Shown here: piece after piece, positions 38,733 to 50,747 of the stretch
Numbering within the stretch: the first letter of the stretch is position 1
Layout of the letters: every line of letters begins with the position of its first letter
Assembly: GCA_051294375.1 (NCBI GenBank)
Contig: CM119271.1
Location: 2,849,611 to 2,913,610 of the forward strand
Direction of reading: 5' to 3'
Source of the DNA: Paraspadella gotoi
Taxonomy: Eukaryota; Animalia; Chaetognatha
DNA: 64,000 nucleotides
Notes under the pieces: generated by a model
Database searches by the model: none
The model's input: the letters and a program-made list of their open reading frames with translations, nothing else
What the model was told of the DNA's origin: nothing
Program-made: the position numbers and the translations under genes

Positions 38733-38804
38733 GCGGCCATTGGTGCCGGAGGCAAGTCATTCGCCTCCCAACCCAAAGGTCCGGGGTTCTAGCCCGGTGG
38801 TCGT
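38733..38804 (+). promoter_or_regulatory. tRNA(Gly)-derived Pol III internal promoter in the LTR (second copy ~39145-39216)
   Basis: A-box-like TGGTGCCGGAGG at 38741-38752; CTCCCAA anticodon-like loop; B-box-like GGTTCTAGCCC at 38785-38795; acceptor-like stem gcggcca/tggtcgt. Confidence 0.75.
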
Positions 38805-38807
38805 CTG

Positions 38808-38880
38808 GCAGTTAAGGGGACGGGGCGCTTAACCCGCCTGTAACATGGTGTTACAGCCTGATCCGAAGCTCAGGGACTGC
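38808..38880 (+). ncRNA. Predicted twister ribozyme, type-P5 permutation (second copy 39220-39293)
   Basis: P5 gcagtt/gactgc; P2' GGG + GA + CGG; palindromic P1 GGCGCT; UAA; P2 CCC; GC; P3 ctgtaaca/tgttacag; P4 cctga/tcagg with loop UCCGAAGC. Confidence 0.8.
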
Positions 38881-39705
38881 TATATTGAACGGTTCTGTCA
38901 TTAACACTTATCAATAATTACTGTCTCTTCATTGGTGAGCCCGACTTCCGAACACAACAGCAACAACAACTTTCAGGCGACATGCCTCAACCTGGCGATG
39001 CACTTTCCGCCCACAACACATCAGGCGACATGCCTCAACTTGGTGACGAACTTTCCACCAACAACAATTCACTGAAGAGACGCAACAGACTTCTCCTACG
39101 GGAGGGGGATGTATGGTGGACTAAAATCCACCAACCGTTCATCAGCGGCCATTGGTGCCGGAGGCAAGTCATTCGCCTCCCAACCCAAAGGTCCGGGGTT
39201 CTAGCCCGGTGGTCGTCTGGCAGTTAAGAGGGACGGGGCGCTTAACCCGCCTGTAACATGGTGTTACAGCCTGATCCGAAGCTCAGGGACTGCTTATATT
39301 GAACGGTTCTGTCATTAACACTTATCAATAATTACTGTCTCTTCAGTAGTTTATTTTAGACTTATTAGTGAACAACTCCAAGTATGTACTTGTAGCAAAA
39401 GAAGAATTAAATATAAGAAGTAGAAATTGAGCTTACTGTAAAGAATCAGTTTTAAGTTAAAAATTTAGTTGTAGAAATTTAGCTTACATATAAAAAATTA
39501 TTTTTCTCTTGAAAATCTAGTTTTACCGAAGAAAAAATTTGTTTAAATTTTTATAAACATTTTATGTAGATTTTTTAAAAAATTTTCGATTATTTTTCAA
39601 TAGAAATCCTCTTACAAGATATGAGAAAATGATTAAGATACAGTAAATTAAGATTTCTACAATTTTAGGTTGAGTGATCCCTGGCCTTAAGAAGGTATTT
39701 ATATA

Positions 39706-39959
39706 TGTAGTCGGGCATTGCATAAGTTCACCCCGCTTATAAGCATGACAACTTCAGTCGTGACCCGGTAGCTCATTTAGTAAAACCATCAACTCTTGAC
39801 CACTAGGTACCGATTCAATCCCAGCTTGCAGGAACCTGTTTCCAAGCCCGAACCCGTTCCTTGGCTGCTTGAGAGGTTAAAGACGTTGCGGATAGCGCTC
39901 TTCAGCCCACTTATCCTTGGTCGGACCGAATGCCTTTCAAGTCAAACCCACTTATCCAC
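39706..39959 (+). mobile_element. Degenerate LTR, family C
   Basis: tgtagtcgggcattgcataagttcacccc start; tRNA-like ggtagctcatttagtaaaac and gattcaatccc; twister core partly deleted. Confidence 0.7.
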
Positions 39960-40166
39960 GGATATCTTTCATATTGCGATCAAAATTTGTTTCATTTTCG
40001 ATGGCCGAAGGACCCGAGTTATCAACTGAATCAGTCAATAAATCAATCATTGGGTCATCGTCTCGCCACCAACATTTCCATTCCTCGTCGTCTTTGTTCT
40101 CACGGACAAACCTCACCTTTCCCACTTTTTTTCTCAATCCGATTTCCCGACGGCGATTCCAAGGTC

Positions 40167-40205
<39 letters not shown>

Positions 40206-40429
40206 CCTCTCTCTCTCTCACCCATCTCATTCCACTCCGGTAATTCCGTCCATAGAGAGGACAGCGACGTCGACACGCTCGATCCTTGATTAACCTCACG
40301 TGAAAAACCGATTCGCTCCGTTCGCGCGCTCGCGAGAGGGGGGCGGTGAAAGAAACGGATCGCGCTTGCGCCTGACTCTTCGACAGGTGGAATTAACAGG
40401 TGCCTGACTCGACTTACTCTGCAACCCGG

Positions 40430-40588
40430 TACCTACCCTGCGGGAAGAGTGAGGACGGCCGTAAGCCGCCTTGGGGGCGTGGCAAACCCTCAAGCCTGGT
40501 TCCAAGCCAGGAACCGTTCCATGTCTGCTACAGGGGGTTATAGAAGTTACGGATAGTCATCTTCAGCCCACTTAGCGCCTTATCCACA
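40430..40588 (+). mobile_element. 3' part of a family C LTR with a well-preserved twister-like core (40440-40517)
   Basis: Homologous to 30035-30186; ends cttatccaca. Confidence 0.8.
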
Positions 40589-40989
40589 CACATACTACTT
40601 GCCATATGCAATGGTTTTCGCAGCTTCGTCGTGGAGAAATCTATTTTGGCCTCTCACTCTCCTTTCCAGATTCCTTTGAAGCCAATCAGCGTCGATCTCA
40701 GCCAATCATTGACGATTTTTGCCAATCAGCGTCGTTCTCAACCAATCATTGACGATTTCGGCCAATGAGGGTCTACGGCTGCCAATTTTGTTCCATTCTT
40801 TTTAAAAGTCGTTTGCGAGGACGAAGCTAATAACGTCGTTGAGATTTAGATCACCTTCATTTATAACTCGAAGAAAATGCGTGGAAAAGCTCATTCGCTA
40901 AAACCAAAGTCAAGGTAGAAAATATCGCCTCTTTTTACATTCGTAAGAACGAAATAATTTTAATAAGAAGAACTTTCTCGTCTTAAAAA

Positions 40990-41034
<45 letters not shown>

Positions 41035-42032
41035 AGAAAATTGATTGTCTTTCGGAGGCGACGCGCGGGATTTTCCGATCAGTCTGGAAATTCTCGGAAA
41101 AGAAAGAAAAAAATCGATTTGTCAAATCGGAGGGGAAAAAAATGGATTTCTCGGATCTAAAAGTTTTTTTCGGCCAACTTGTTCGATAGTTAGATGGAAA
41201 GTAACTAAAAATATAAAGTACGGAGGCACATTTTGAACTGATCTTTTTCCAAGAATCGATGGGGGGTGGGGAAAGTAAGAAGCCACGCGAGAAAGCTTTA
41301 AGGTCATCTTTTCACAGTTTTTCCTTCCCCTTCGATGCTCTTTAGTTTTTTTGGCTTCTTCATTGGAACTTTTTTCCCCCCCCAAGGACCCCCCAAACTT
41401 TTTTTCCTTCCCCTCCTTTCCTCTGCGCGTCTTCCTGTTACTTGTTTCCCTTCCCCTCCCTTCCCCTTCCTTTCCTCCTCTCCCCCACCTCTTCCCCTCC
41501 TCCCTTACATCCCCCTGCCCTCCCTTTCTCTTCCTTCTCTTCTTGTTTCGACAAGTCCAGTCTCAGCTGCGATTTCGTTTCCCTTTAATATCTCGCGGAG
41601 GAGAAAAGACCCGGGAAGACTTCCTTCGATCAAGAAGATGGGGGTCGTGGGAAGGAGTAGATCGAAAAGACGGATGAAAAATGAAAACCATATGTCCATC
41701 TGGATTTTATGTATATTCTTATTTTAATTTTTACGTATATATGTGTAATTTTTTCGTCCGAATAAATACATGTTTCCATCCTCCTATAACTGACCAAAAA
41801 CAGAAAGCTTGTTTAATGTTTTGATGTACCGAGTATATCTGATGAAGTTTAAACAATACAAGATACAGCGCGGCCCGTCACAAAAGTTTCGTTATAAACA
41901 CAACTACAAGTCTAATCAACCTACACATGTTATTATCTTATCTATCTATCTTATCTTATCTATCTATCTTTCTATCTATCTATCTTAACTTATCTATTGA
42001 CTGGAAAATGTTAAATTCGACTAAGTTTTGTA

Positions 42033-42194
42033 TGGGGTTAGCGCGAACGCAGACCCCACTATCACAAATTATGCTCCCGAGTTTCCCACATTCGGGGAAA
42101 TCGCAAGGGTCAGCCCAACCGAAGTGCAATGGAAGGGCCTCGCCCTGGGGGAACCTCCTTGCTGATCAAGGTATCCCCTGAGCCAGGTAAGTAT
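42033..42194 (-). ncRNA. RNU1: U1 spliceosomal snRNA
   Basis: Starts ATACTTACCTGG; stem-loop I GATCAGCAAG; U1A loop ATTGCAC; Sm site AATTTGTG; terminal stem GGGGTCTGCG-TTCG-CGCTAACCCC; ~162 nt. Confidence 0.95.
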
Positions 42195-44135
42195 GCTTCT
42201 ACCTGCAAAATTTTCGACCTTTAATCCAAGCCTGGACTTAAGACAATAATTTTTTTATTTGAAGAGGATAAGGCTAGAATTAATATTAGTTTTCTATTTC
42301 ACACCTTTTTTGGCGCAAAATAGTATAAAATTTGGTTTGATTAAATATGCACTGCTATAATTTAAAATTTACCTTAGATCTATCATTTTACGAAAGTTTG
42401 TATTCAGATTGTAGCTGCATTAAAGCTAATATTTATATGCTCTTAGTTATTATGCAAATAAACCATAGTAACGAGGTTTGTGAAGGAAACAAAAGATTAC
42501 TTTACGCTTCCAATTATAACTTTTTTTATGAAACTATAGACAAAGGTCGACAAACAATTGTTATGATTCGTGACACAATGTTTATTAGTATATATATATA
42601 TTTATATATATAAATAGATTAATAATATTGAATAAAATGTATAGTATATCTATAAATATAATCTCACTAGATTAAGCTTGGAGAAATTACTTGTACATGT
42701 GTCAGTTGCCACTTATCCCAGGGAATGAATTCGCAAAAAGCATTTCTTGTTTACATATCTCATTATTTCCAAGAAACCTTTTTCACTCGGGCTGATATTG
42801 GTGGATGAATGGTTTTTATGTGAGTATATTATCATAGTATATTATTTTGGTTGTACCAATTCCATACATTTATGTTGCTATGAGACGTAAGCTTCTTTCT
42901 GAAGCCGTTAAACTATAATACAGAACAGTTGAAGAAAGAAGGGAAATAAAGTAAATACTTTCGTTTTAAATTGGAATTTTCGTCGTTAATTGGTCGATTT
43001 AAATTAATTTTGCCCCTGATTGGTAAATTACATACATCTAAATTTCCTTCTATACAAGTTTTATAAAAATCATTGTGTTGAGTCTCTCTTTTCGTTGATT
43101 TAAGGAAAAACGACAGTTTTTAATGACAATAAACAAAGATTTATTATATTTAATAAATCGTTGTTTATTGCCATTAAAAACTGTCGTTTTTCTTTATGAA
43201 ATTGGTACAACCAATATAAAAATTATTCATTCATTTAATAAATAAGCTATCTTGCCCCTGACTTTGGACAATAATATAATTAGTTACTTTTATCTTTAAT
43301 CTCATTTGCATATTTCAGTACACTCATTCAAACTTTTCGAAAAAATATTAATCAATTGATCAAACTTTCAAATACATTTTCTAGTAGAACTTAATATACA
43401 AAAACTATTTAATTTGATTAAAATAGTATTAGCGTGTATTCAATTTACTTTTTATGATATTGCTTCTACTAAATATTTTTTCATATGAAACCGATATCGC
43501 GTCCGGCAGTAGAAGAATAAGGTATATAAACAAAAAGAGAACTTCTTCGAAAACGTAGCGTAGTAACTTATAAACGTAGCATAGCTTCCAGTGGTTCAGA
43601 TGTAGCATGTGACTTTGTGACGTAGCGTTGATTCACTAATTAAATGTAGCGTAATATTTATTTATTTTAACTTTTTTATTCGCAATGAATATATCTTTTT
43701 TGGTGAAGAATATAGAACCATAGCGCCCAACGAAGTGAAAAACGAAACGTCCCGAATGAATATTTCGCGCTCTCTCTCTCTCTCTTTCCTCTCTCGCTCT
43801 CTTTCTTTTTCTTTTGCAATATTTTCTCACTCTCTCCCTCTGCCTGACTCTCTCTCTGTCTCATTTTTCCCCTCTATTTCCAGCACTAACTCAATTTCTG
43901 AGTCAAAAAAAAAAAACGTAAAAAAAACAAAATCATTAAAATCATTCGCAACGAAAACAAAACAGCAACAATAAAAACAACAACAACAACAACAACTCCT
44001 CGTGGCCTTCGGTTTTTTGTTTTCGATTTTTTTCCGGAAAGAAAAAAATATATATAATCGCGTGTTTTTCCGAAGAGGAAAGAGGAAGCGCTTATATACT
44101 ATATGCCTCGATGGGAAGGAAAACCGTCATTGAGC

Positions 44136-44177
<42 letters not shown>

Positions 44178-44203
44178 CGAGTTCCATGACCGCAGAGATA
44201 GAA

Positions 44204-44258
<55 letters not shown>

Positions 44259-44954
44259 CGAGGCAGTGCACCGAGAGAACTGATATAGGCTCTCAGTTCC
44301 AGGACGAACGCGGAGAAGAGACGAGGCGAAAAACGAAATTATTTTTTCGGAGAGAAAGAGAGAGAGACAGAGACGCAGCTGAATTCGCCATAACAGAGAG
44401 AGAGTCACGGAGTCACCGGGCGTGAAACTGCTTTTTGAAACATCTGCCACTTATTACGCCCTGTGAAAGTTAAACTTACTGCTCGGTGTTCACACCTCAA
44501 AAAAAAAAAACGAAAAGAAAAGAAAAAACGTTCCGGGGTCAATGTACTTTTGATATTTTTCCATTTTTAGTATACAATAATTTATATTTATATACATATC
44601 AATAAATAAATATATATTCATATATATAAATAAAAAACTTCATAACAATTTCTTGACTTTTCAACTCGTAATATAAATTTTCGAAATACACCATTCGGAA
44701 CCCATCTACTGGCATTCTCCATTTGCGTTTATTTTTTGCCACACAAAAAAAAAAAAAAAAAAAACCGTGTGTGTTAACGGAATATTTTTTTCATTTGTTC
44801 AACGGGACGTCGGCCATTCGTCCTTCCTCCAACTAAAACATATTCATGAATACAAATCTTCCGCTCGTTTCTTTTCAACCGCATCAATTCTTTTTTTTTT
44901 TTTCGCGCAAAAATCACCTTAGACTCCGTCGCTGCGACGAAAAAGGAAACAGAG

Positions 44955-45266
44955 TTTTTAGTTGCGCCTCGAATACTCGCTTTTCGGTCGGTCGGTCGGT
45001 CTGGCCCACTTTAAAAAAGCTCATAATTCGCCTATACTAGGTTGCTCATTTGTTATGATAAGAAAAAAAAAACCTCAAATCAAAGCGACTGCTAGCGCCG
45101 TCTTTTGTTTTTTGAAATAAATCTTATATAAACTATAAAAAATAAAATAGGAAATTCCTATGCAGCATGTGAGAAGTTCGTTATACATAAATTTCATAGT
45201 CATGTGGTCATGTGAAAAGAAAAGAAAGTCACTGCGGCGCAACACATTGAATGGACCCATCTTGTT
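44955..45266 (+). mobile_element. HINE/DINE-1-like element, second family (copies at ~47730-47955 + and ~63203-63565 -)
   Basis: subTIRs gttgcgcc / ggcgcaac, (GGTC)n microsatellite, shared gcgactgctagcgccg core, T-rich ends. Confidence 0.6.
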
Positions 45267-46736
45267 TTTTTGTTTGTTTTTTTTTTCCTTTTTCTTATTT
45301 CTTCTTTTTCCCCTTTCCTCCTTCATCTTGTTTTTTTTCCTCATTTTCATTTTCCTTTTGTTTTTGTCCATTTTACTTTTTTTTTTTTTTTTTTCGGGTT
45401 TTGACTTCAAAACAGAAATCGACTTTTTTTTTCTCTTTCAGTTTTTTTTTATCCTTATTTTTCTTCCTTTTATCTTTCCTTTTATCTCATTCCTCTTTTC
45501 TCATTCTTGTCTTCTTCCTCGTTTTATAATCATATTTTTTTACCTTTTTTTACCTTCCTCAATCATTTTTTTAAATTTTCTATTCTTCGGATCTAATTTA
45601 AGCAAATTCCTTTCATTTATTCCCTTCAACAAAAATTCCTGTTTTTTCCCGCCGATTTTTCTTTCTTTTATTTTATTAGCGTCAGATTAAAAATGTTTTA
45701 TACATTTGAAACAGTTTTTACAAATATTTAATACCACGTAATTGATGAAGAATCCAGGCGCTATGTCAGTTAATGTATAAACTTTAATATGATTGAAACC
45801 TTGCAAAAAAAAAAGTTTCAGATCCTGCGATGTTATTATCTCGTAAAAGGGATAAATACCATAAACCACCAAAGCCTATCCAAAGTCAGCCGCAAGATAG
45901 CTTCTTTATTGAAGAATGGATAATTGCACATTTATTGTATCAATTTCATCTACGTCAACTACTTCAATCAGCGTCAATATTAGTCTCTACGCCAAAGGCC
46001 AGTCCGTGGCGTGAGGGATTAATTCCGTCTCTCCCAACGGCGACCCGAAAATCCCCTACGTCAGACTTTTTGACATTGCAAACTCCCGACTTCCGACGAC
46101 CAACTGAAGGTTGCAACGGTTGATGTATTCAGTTCCATTTGTATTCTCGATTTGACAAATGGCATAAGCAAGGCCCAATGAAACACTGATAATTAATTTT
46201 TTTTATCATCGCAGCTTATTCCAAACATCAGTACTTCGTTGTTTGAGCATCAACAGAATCTGCAATATAGTTATGCAATACTAACAACATTTTAGCAGCA
46301 ACTGCACCCATTCGCTAAAGGAGATACCATTCATTGGCATTGGCCATTTATTGGCCATTCATTGGCCATTCATTGGCTTCAATCCCGCAGACATTATAAC
46401 TAAAAATCCATCATTCCAGTTTCAAAATGGTCATTTTGAAACGGCAAATGTATCATCGTCGGCCATTGAAAATCCCATCTCCTTTCATTGACTCCCGTTG
46501 CCTCGCATCAGCCTGTTGCATCTCACATGGACCCGCGGCGCAAATAACCGTCCATTGCCTCTCGCCGCCCGAAGCGAAATACGACGGAGGAGACAATAGA
46601 ATGGGAAAAAAAAGAATGAAAAAAAAAAAGAAAAAGGAAAAATGATAAAACTAAGAATCAACGCGTCGGTCTTTTTTAATCTTTCGTCTTTTTTTTCTCT
46701 CTTTAGTATTTTCTAAAATTTTGTATTGTTCCAATC

Positions 46737-46872
<136 letters not shown>

Positions 46873-47049
46873 AATCGGCAAACCAGTTCCACCCATTTAT
46901 CTCTCTCGAGTACTACAGCTTCAATCAGACTTTTTTTTGTTTTTGTATTTTTTTTTTCTGTTTGGGTTTTTCCCGTTTTTCTTCGTGGATTCGTTATCGA
47001 AAATCGCTAATCATTTACATTCTCACCCAAAGAGGCCATTCATCTCTCT

Positions 47050-47127
<78 letters not shown>

Positions 47128-47339
47128 ACCTCACATCCTATTCCATTTAAGGCCCAATTTCGTTCCTTCCTCTTTAACTCGCGCTTTGACAGCATCTTTA
47201 TTTATTTGCGATTACATACTCTCTCTCTCTCCCCTTCTTGCTCTTCTTCCCTTTCTTCTCAACCAAGCACATTCTATTATCACTCTATTTCCCTCTCTCT
47301 CTCTCTCTTCTCCTCTCTCTCTCTCTCTCTCTCTTTCTC

Positions 47340-47394
<55 letters not shown>

Positions 47395-47456
47395 ACCCTT
47401 CTTCCCTTTCTTCTCAACCAAGCACATTTCTATTTATCACTCTATTTAATTTCTCT

Positions 47457-47491
<35 letters not shown>

Positions 47492-47607
47492 TCTCTTCTT
47501 CTCTCTCTCTCTCTCTCTCTTTCCTCTCTCTCTCTCCTCTCTCTCTCTCTTTCTCTCTCTCTCATCTCTTCACCTCTCCTCTCTCTCTCTCTTCTCTCTC
47601 TCTCTCT

Positions 47608-47638
<31 letters not shown>

Positions 47639-48715
47639 GGCCATTCAAATATTTCCACTCGACCAATCTCTCTCAATCGCCTTGAGGTCTCATTCCCATT
47701 CTGTCGCCTTACTCTGCCAGGCTCAATAGGGTGTTACATATTCTTATCAGTCTTTGGGTCGGTCTGTCGATCGGTCGGTCCGTTGGTATGTCTGTCCGTC
47801 GGTCTGTCCCACTTACGTTAAAAATGCATCTACTAATTTGACTATATTTGGTTGCTCAAATTTAAGGGACTGCTAGCGCCGTCTTCAGTTATTCCTAAAA
47901 CTATACGGAATAAAAAAGTTACTGCGGCATAACACATTGGAATAACCATTCTTGTTCTTCTCATTTTCTCCTTTTTTTGAAAATTAAATCAAGAGAAATT
48001 AATAGTTTTATACTTTTATAGATATATTGTACTCTTTAAAATATCATTTAATTATAAAATCTTTTAAAAGCGTATTGGCTTCTTCATTGTTTTATAACCG
48101 AATACCTTTTCTAGATTTTACTGTTGATGTATTATACAAAAAATATACAATATACAATCAATATTACATTATCCTATTTCAGTTTTGAAAAAAAAAATCA
48201 AAATAAACTTTTCAGCAACGGAATCGCCTCATTCCTCAATTCTCTACACAATCGCTCGTACAGTGAAACCCGCGAACGAAAAAAAAAAATGGAAATGAGA
48301 AAATCGACTCTTCGCCGTAGTTGTCGTCGTCGTTGTGGTCGTTGTCGTCTTCCTTTGTTCAACTGAGGATGGGCGGCGTTTGTGGTTCTTATCTCGCCTC
48401 CAAGCAACAACAACAGCAAGAACAACCCCAGCAACAGCTGCACAAAGTACAGCAACCACTACAGCAGCGAAACGGCCTAAACGTCCCGAGGTTCTCACCA
48501 ACCCACTCCCCCCCCCCCCGACTCCCCCCCTTTTCCTCCTCCTTTTCCCGTTTTTATTTATTTTATTCATTTATTCATTCCTTCCTTCATTTTCTTTTCC
48601 GCCATATTTCCTTTTTCTCCGCTAGAGGCGCTCCTCGTCGTCCGCCCGAAAAAAAAAAAACACTTTCGTCGTCTTTTGTTCCGCACGAATTCGCGCGGTT
48701 ATTCGCGCCGCCACG

Positions 48716-48757
<42 letters not shown>

Positions 48758-49465
48758 CTCTTTGTCGTTGTCTTTTCGTTTTGGTTAAAGTAAAAAACAC
48801 TAAAGTTTGTTTTTGCATCAATGTTATTTCACATCAAAATTTTATGGCCACGTCATTTATAGAATAAACGCAACTTTGGTTCAAATTTGTCGCGATATTG
48901 TTAAAGTAACGAGTCAGGTTTTGTACTTAAATAACGTCATAAACAATAAATTTTATTTTCATTGTCGTATTCCGACGTCGTCATCAAAGTCTGTGACTAT
49001 TTTTTTATTCTTAAAATTTGATCATATTTTTTTTTTAAACTTTATTACTTTATCAGTTTATCTAGGATATGATTAATTGATTATGAATAGCAGTGACATT
49101 TTTTTCGCTTTCATTACCGTTATAACTTATACGGTATATATATAATATATATATTTTATTACATTTCATCTTTGACTGATTTTTCAGTCGATGTTTTATT
49201 TTGTCATTTTTCTTATTTCCTTTTGTCATCCTCTTTGTCATCGTTCACGTTCGACATTTTTGTCACATTTTTCGTCGTCATTCACGTCACGTTTTTTATT
49301 CACGCATCACTTCAACTTTGAGCGTGAAGGGAAGAATCTCTTAGCTGGAGCAATAGAAGGCGTAGTTACTGGAGCCGCGGCGTATAGGGTTAAAGAAAGT
49401 GGAGCAAAGGAGGTTGAAAAAAAAATGTAGGGGAAAAAGGAGGCTTTCCTTTCTTAACTGTTTTT

Positions 49466-49557
<92 letters not shown>

Positions 49558-50547
49558 TTTTTCTTTCTTTCGTTCATTTTTCTTTCTTTCTCAAACTAAT
49601 TTTCAAATTTTATTTCAACCTCCAAAAACAGATAGTTCAGACGACGAAACCTTTTTCTGTAACATTTTTCTCTTTTTAAACTAACTATTTTATCATCCGA
49701 AAAGACCCCTTACCGATGGCACCAAAATGAGTAACGTGAGCGGGATAGAAAAAGAGGAAGTATGCAAATTGAAATAAGAGAGAAAGATAGAAAAAAGTGC
49801 GGTTTTAGCAACGTGAGAAGATTTAAATATCGTTTTAGATCAAAGAGAAACAAAACGGGTGAATATCTCATTAGCGCTGGATTCATTGACCGGCGGTTAA
49901 AAGAATATGAATTTAATATAGTCCCGCGTAAAAAGGCCCATTAAAGTTGGCTCTCCTCTTTTATGCAAAAAGCGGGATGGGGAAAAAAAGTAGGGAAAGA
50001 TTATTTTCTCCTCCGGTTCATTCATTCATTCATTCATTCTTTCTTTCTTTCTTTCTTTCTTTTTTTTATTTCTTTATTTCTTTCTTTCTTTCTTTATTTT
50101 CTTCTTTTCTTCTTGTCTATTCTTTTATTTCCCTCTTCTTTCTTATTTCCTCTTTTTTCTCCGACCCTTCCTTCATTTTCTTTTCTCGTTTTCTACTCTC
50201 TTCTTTCATTTTTTTCAATTTTCTTCATACTTTATCTTTTCTTCTCTCTTACTCATCTGCTTCTCTTTTCTTCTCTACTTCTCTGCCTCTCTCCGGTCTT
50301 AAGATAAGGAGTCACCGACTAGACATCGTAGAAAATAGACGGCGTCATTAAAGACTCCATCGACTGCTGTTGGTAACTCGCGTCTTTGTCTCTTTTCCTC
50401 GCTGTGGTTATTTACGTAATCTGTATTATGTATTTATGGCTCCATTTCTGCAAATTTCTTGACTCGCATTTCTGCAATATTTGCATCATTGTCAATTCTC
50501 TCTCTCTCTACATCTGTCTCTCAATCATCTGCTCTTCTCTTCTCCTC

Positions 50548-50597
<50 letters not shown>

Positions 50598-50658
50598 CTC
50601 TCTATTGTTCGCACAACTCATAGTCTCCATATTTCTTTGCACCCGAGGAGGCATTGGC

Positions 50659-50695
<37 letters not shown>

Positions 50696-50710
50696 GTCTC
50701 TCCTCCTCTC

Positions 50711-50747
<37 letters not shown>

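Larger units (their letters stand above)
38701..39345 (+). mobile_element. Complete TRIM (non-autonomous LTR retrotransposon), family A; LTRs 38701-38931 and 39112-39345
   Basis: Near-identical LTRs (only 1-nt indels); TSD GTAG; PBS TGGTGAGCCCGAC (tRNA-Trp-like) at 38933-38945; PPT GGGAGGGGGA at 39100-39109; 180-bp non-coding interior. Confidence 0.95.

Noticed and set aside
38733-38804. Functional tRNA-Gly(CCC) gene
   Set aside because: Anticodon and D stems do not pair and there is no T-run terminator; better described as a tRNA-derived promoter
38701-39345. First reading as tandem tRNA-SINEs or a Helentron HINE
   Set aside because: PBS, PPT, fixed termini and 4-bp TSDs at independent insertions indicate LTR-type integration
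39706-40588. Complete family C TRIM (TGGTCGGACCG at ~39918 as PBS, GAGAGGGGGG at ~40334 as PPT)
   Set aside because: Sequence after the purine tract does not match the family C LTR start, the two LTRs are dissimilar and no TSD was found
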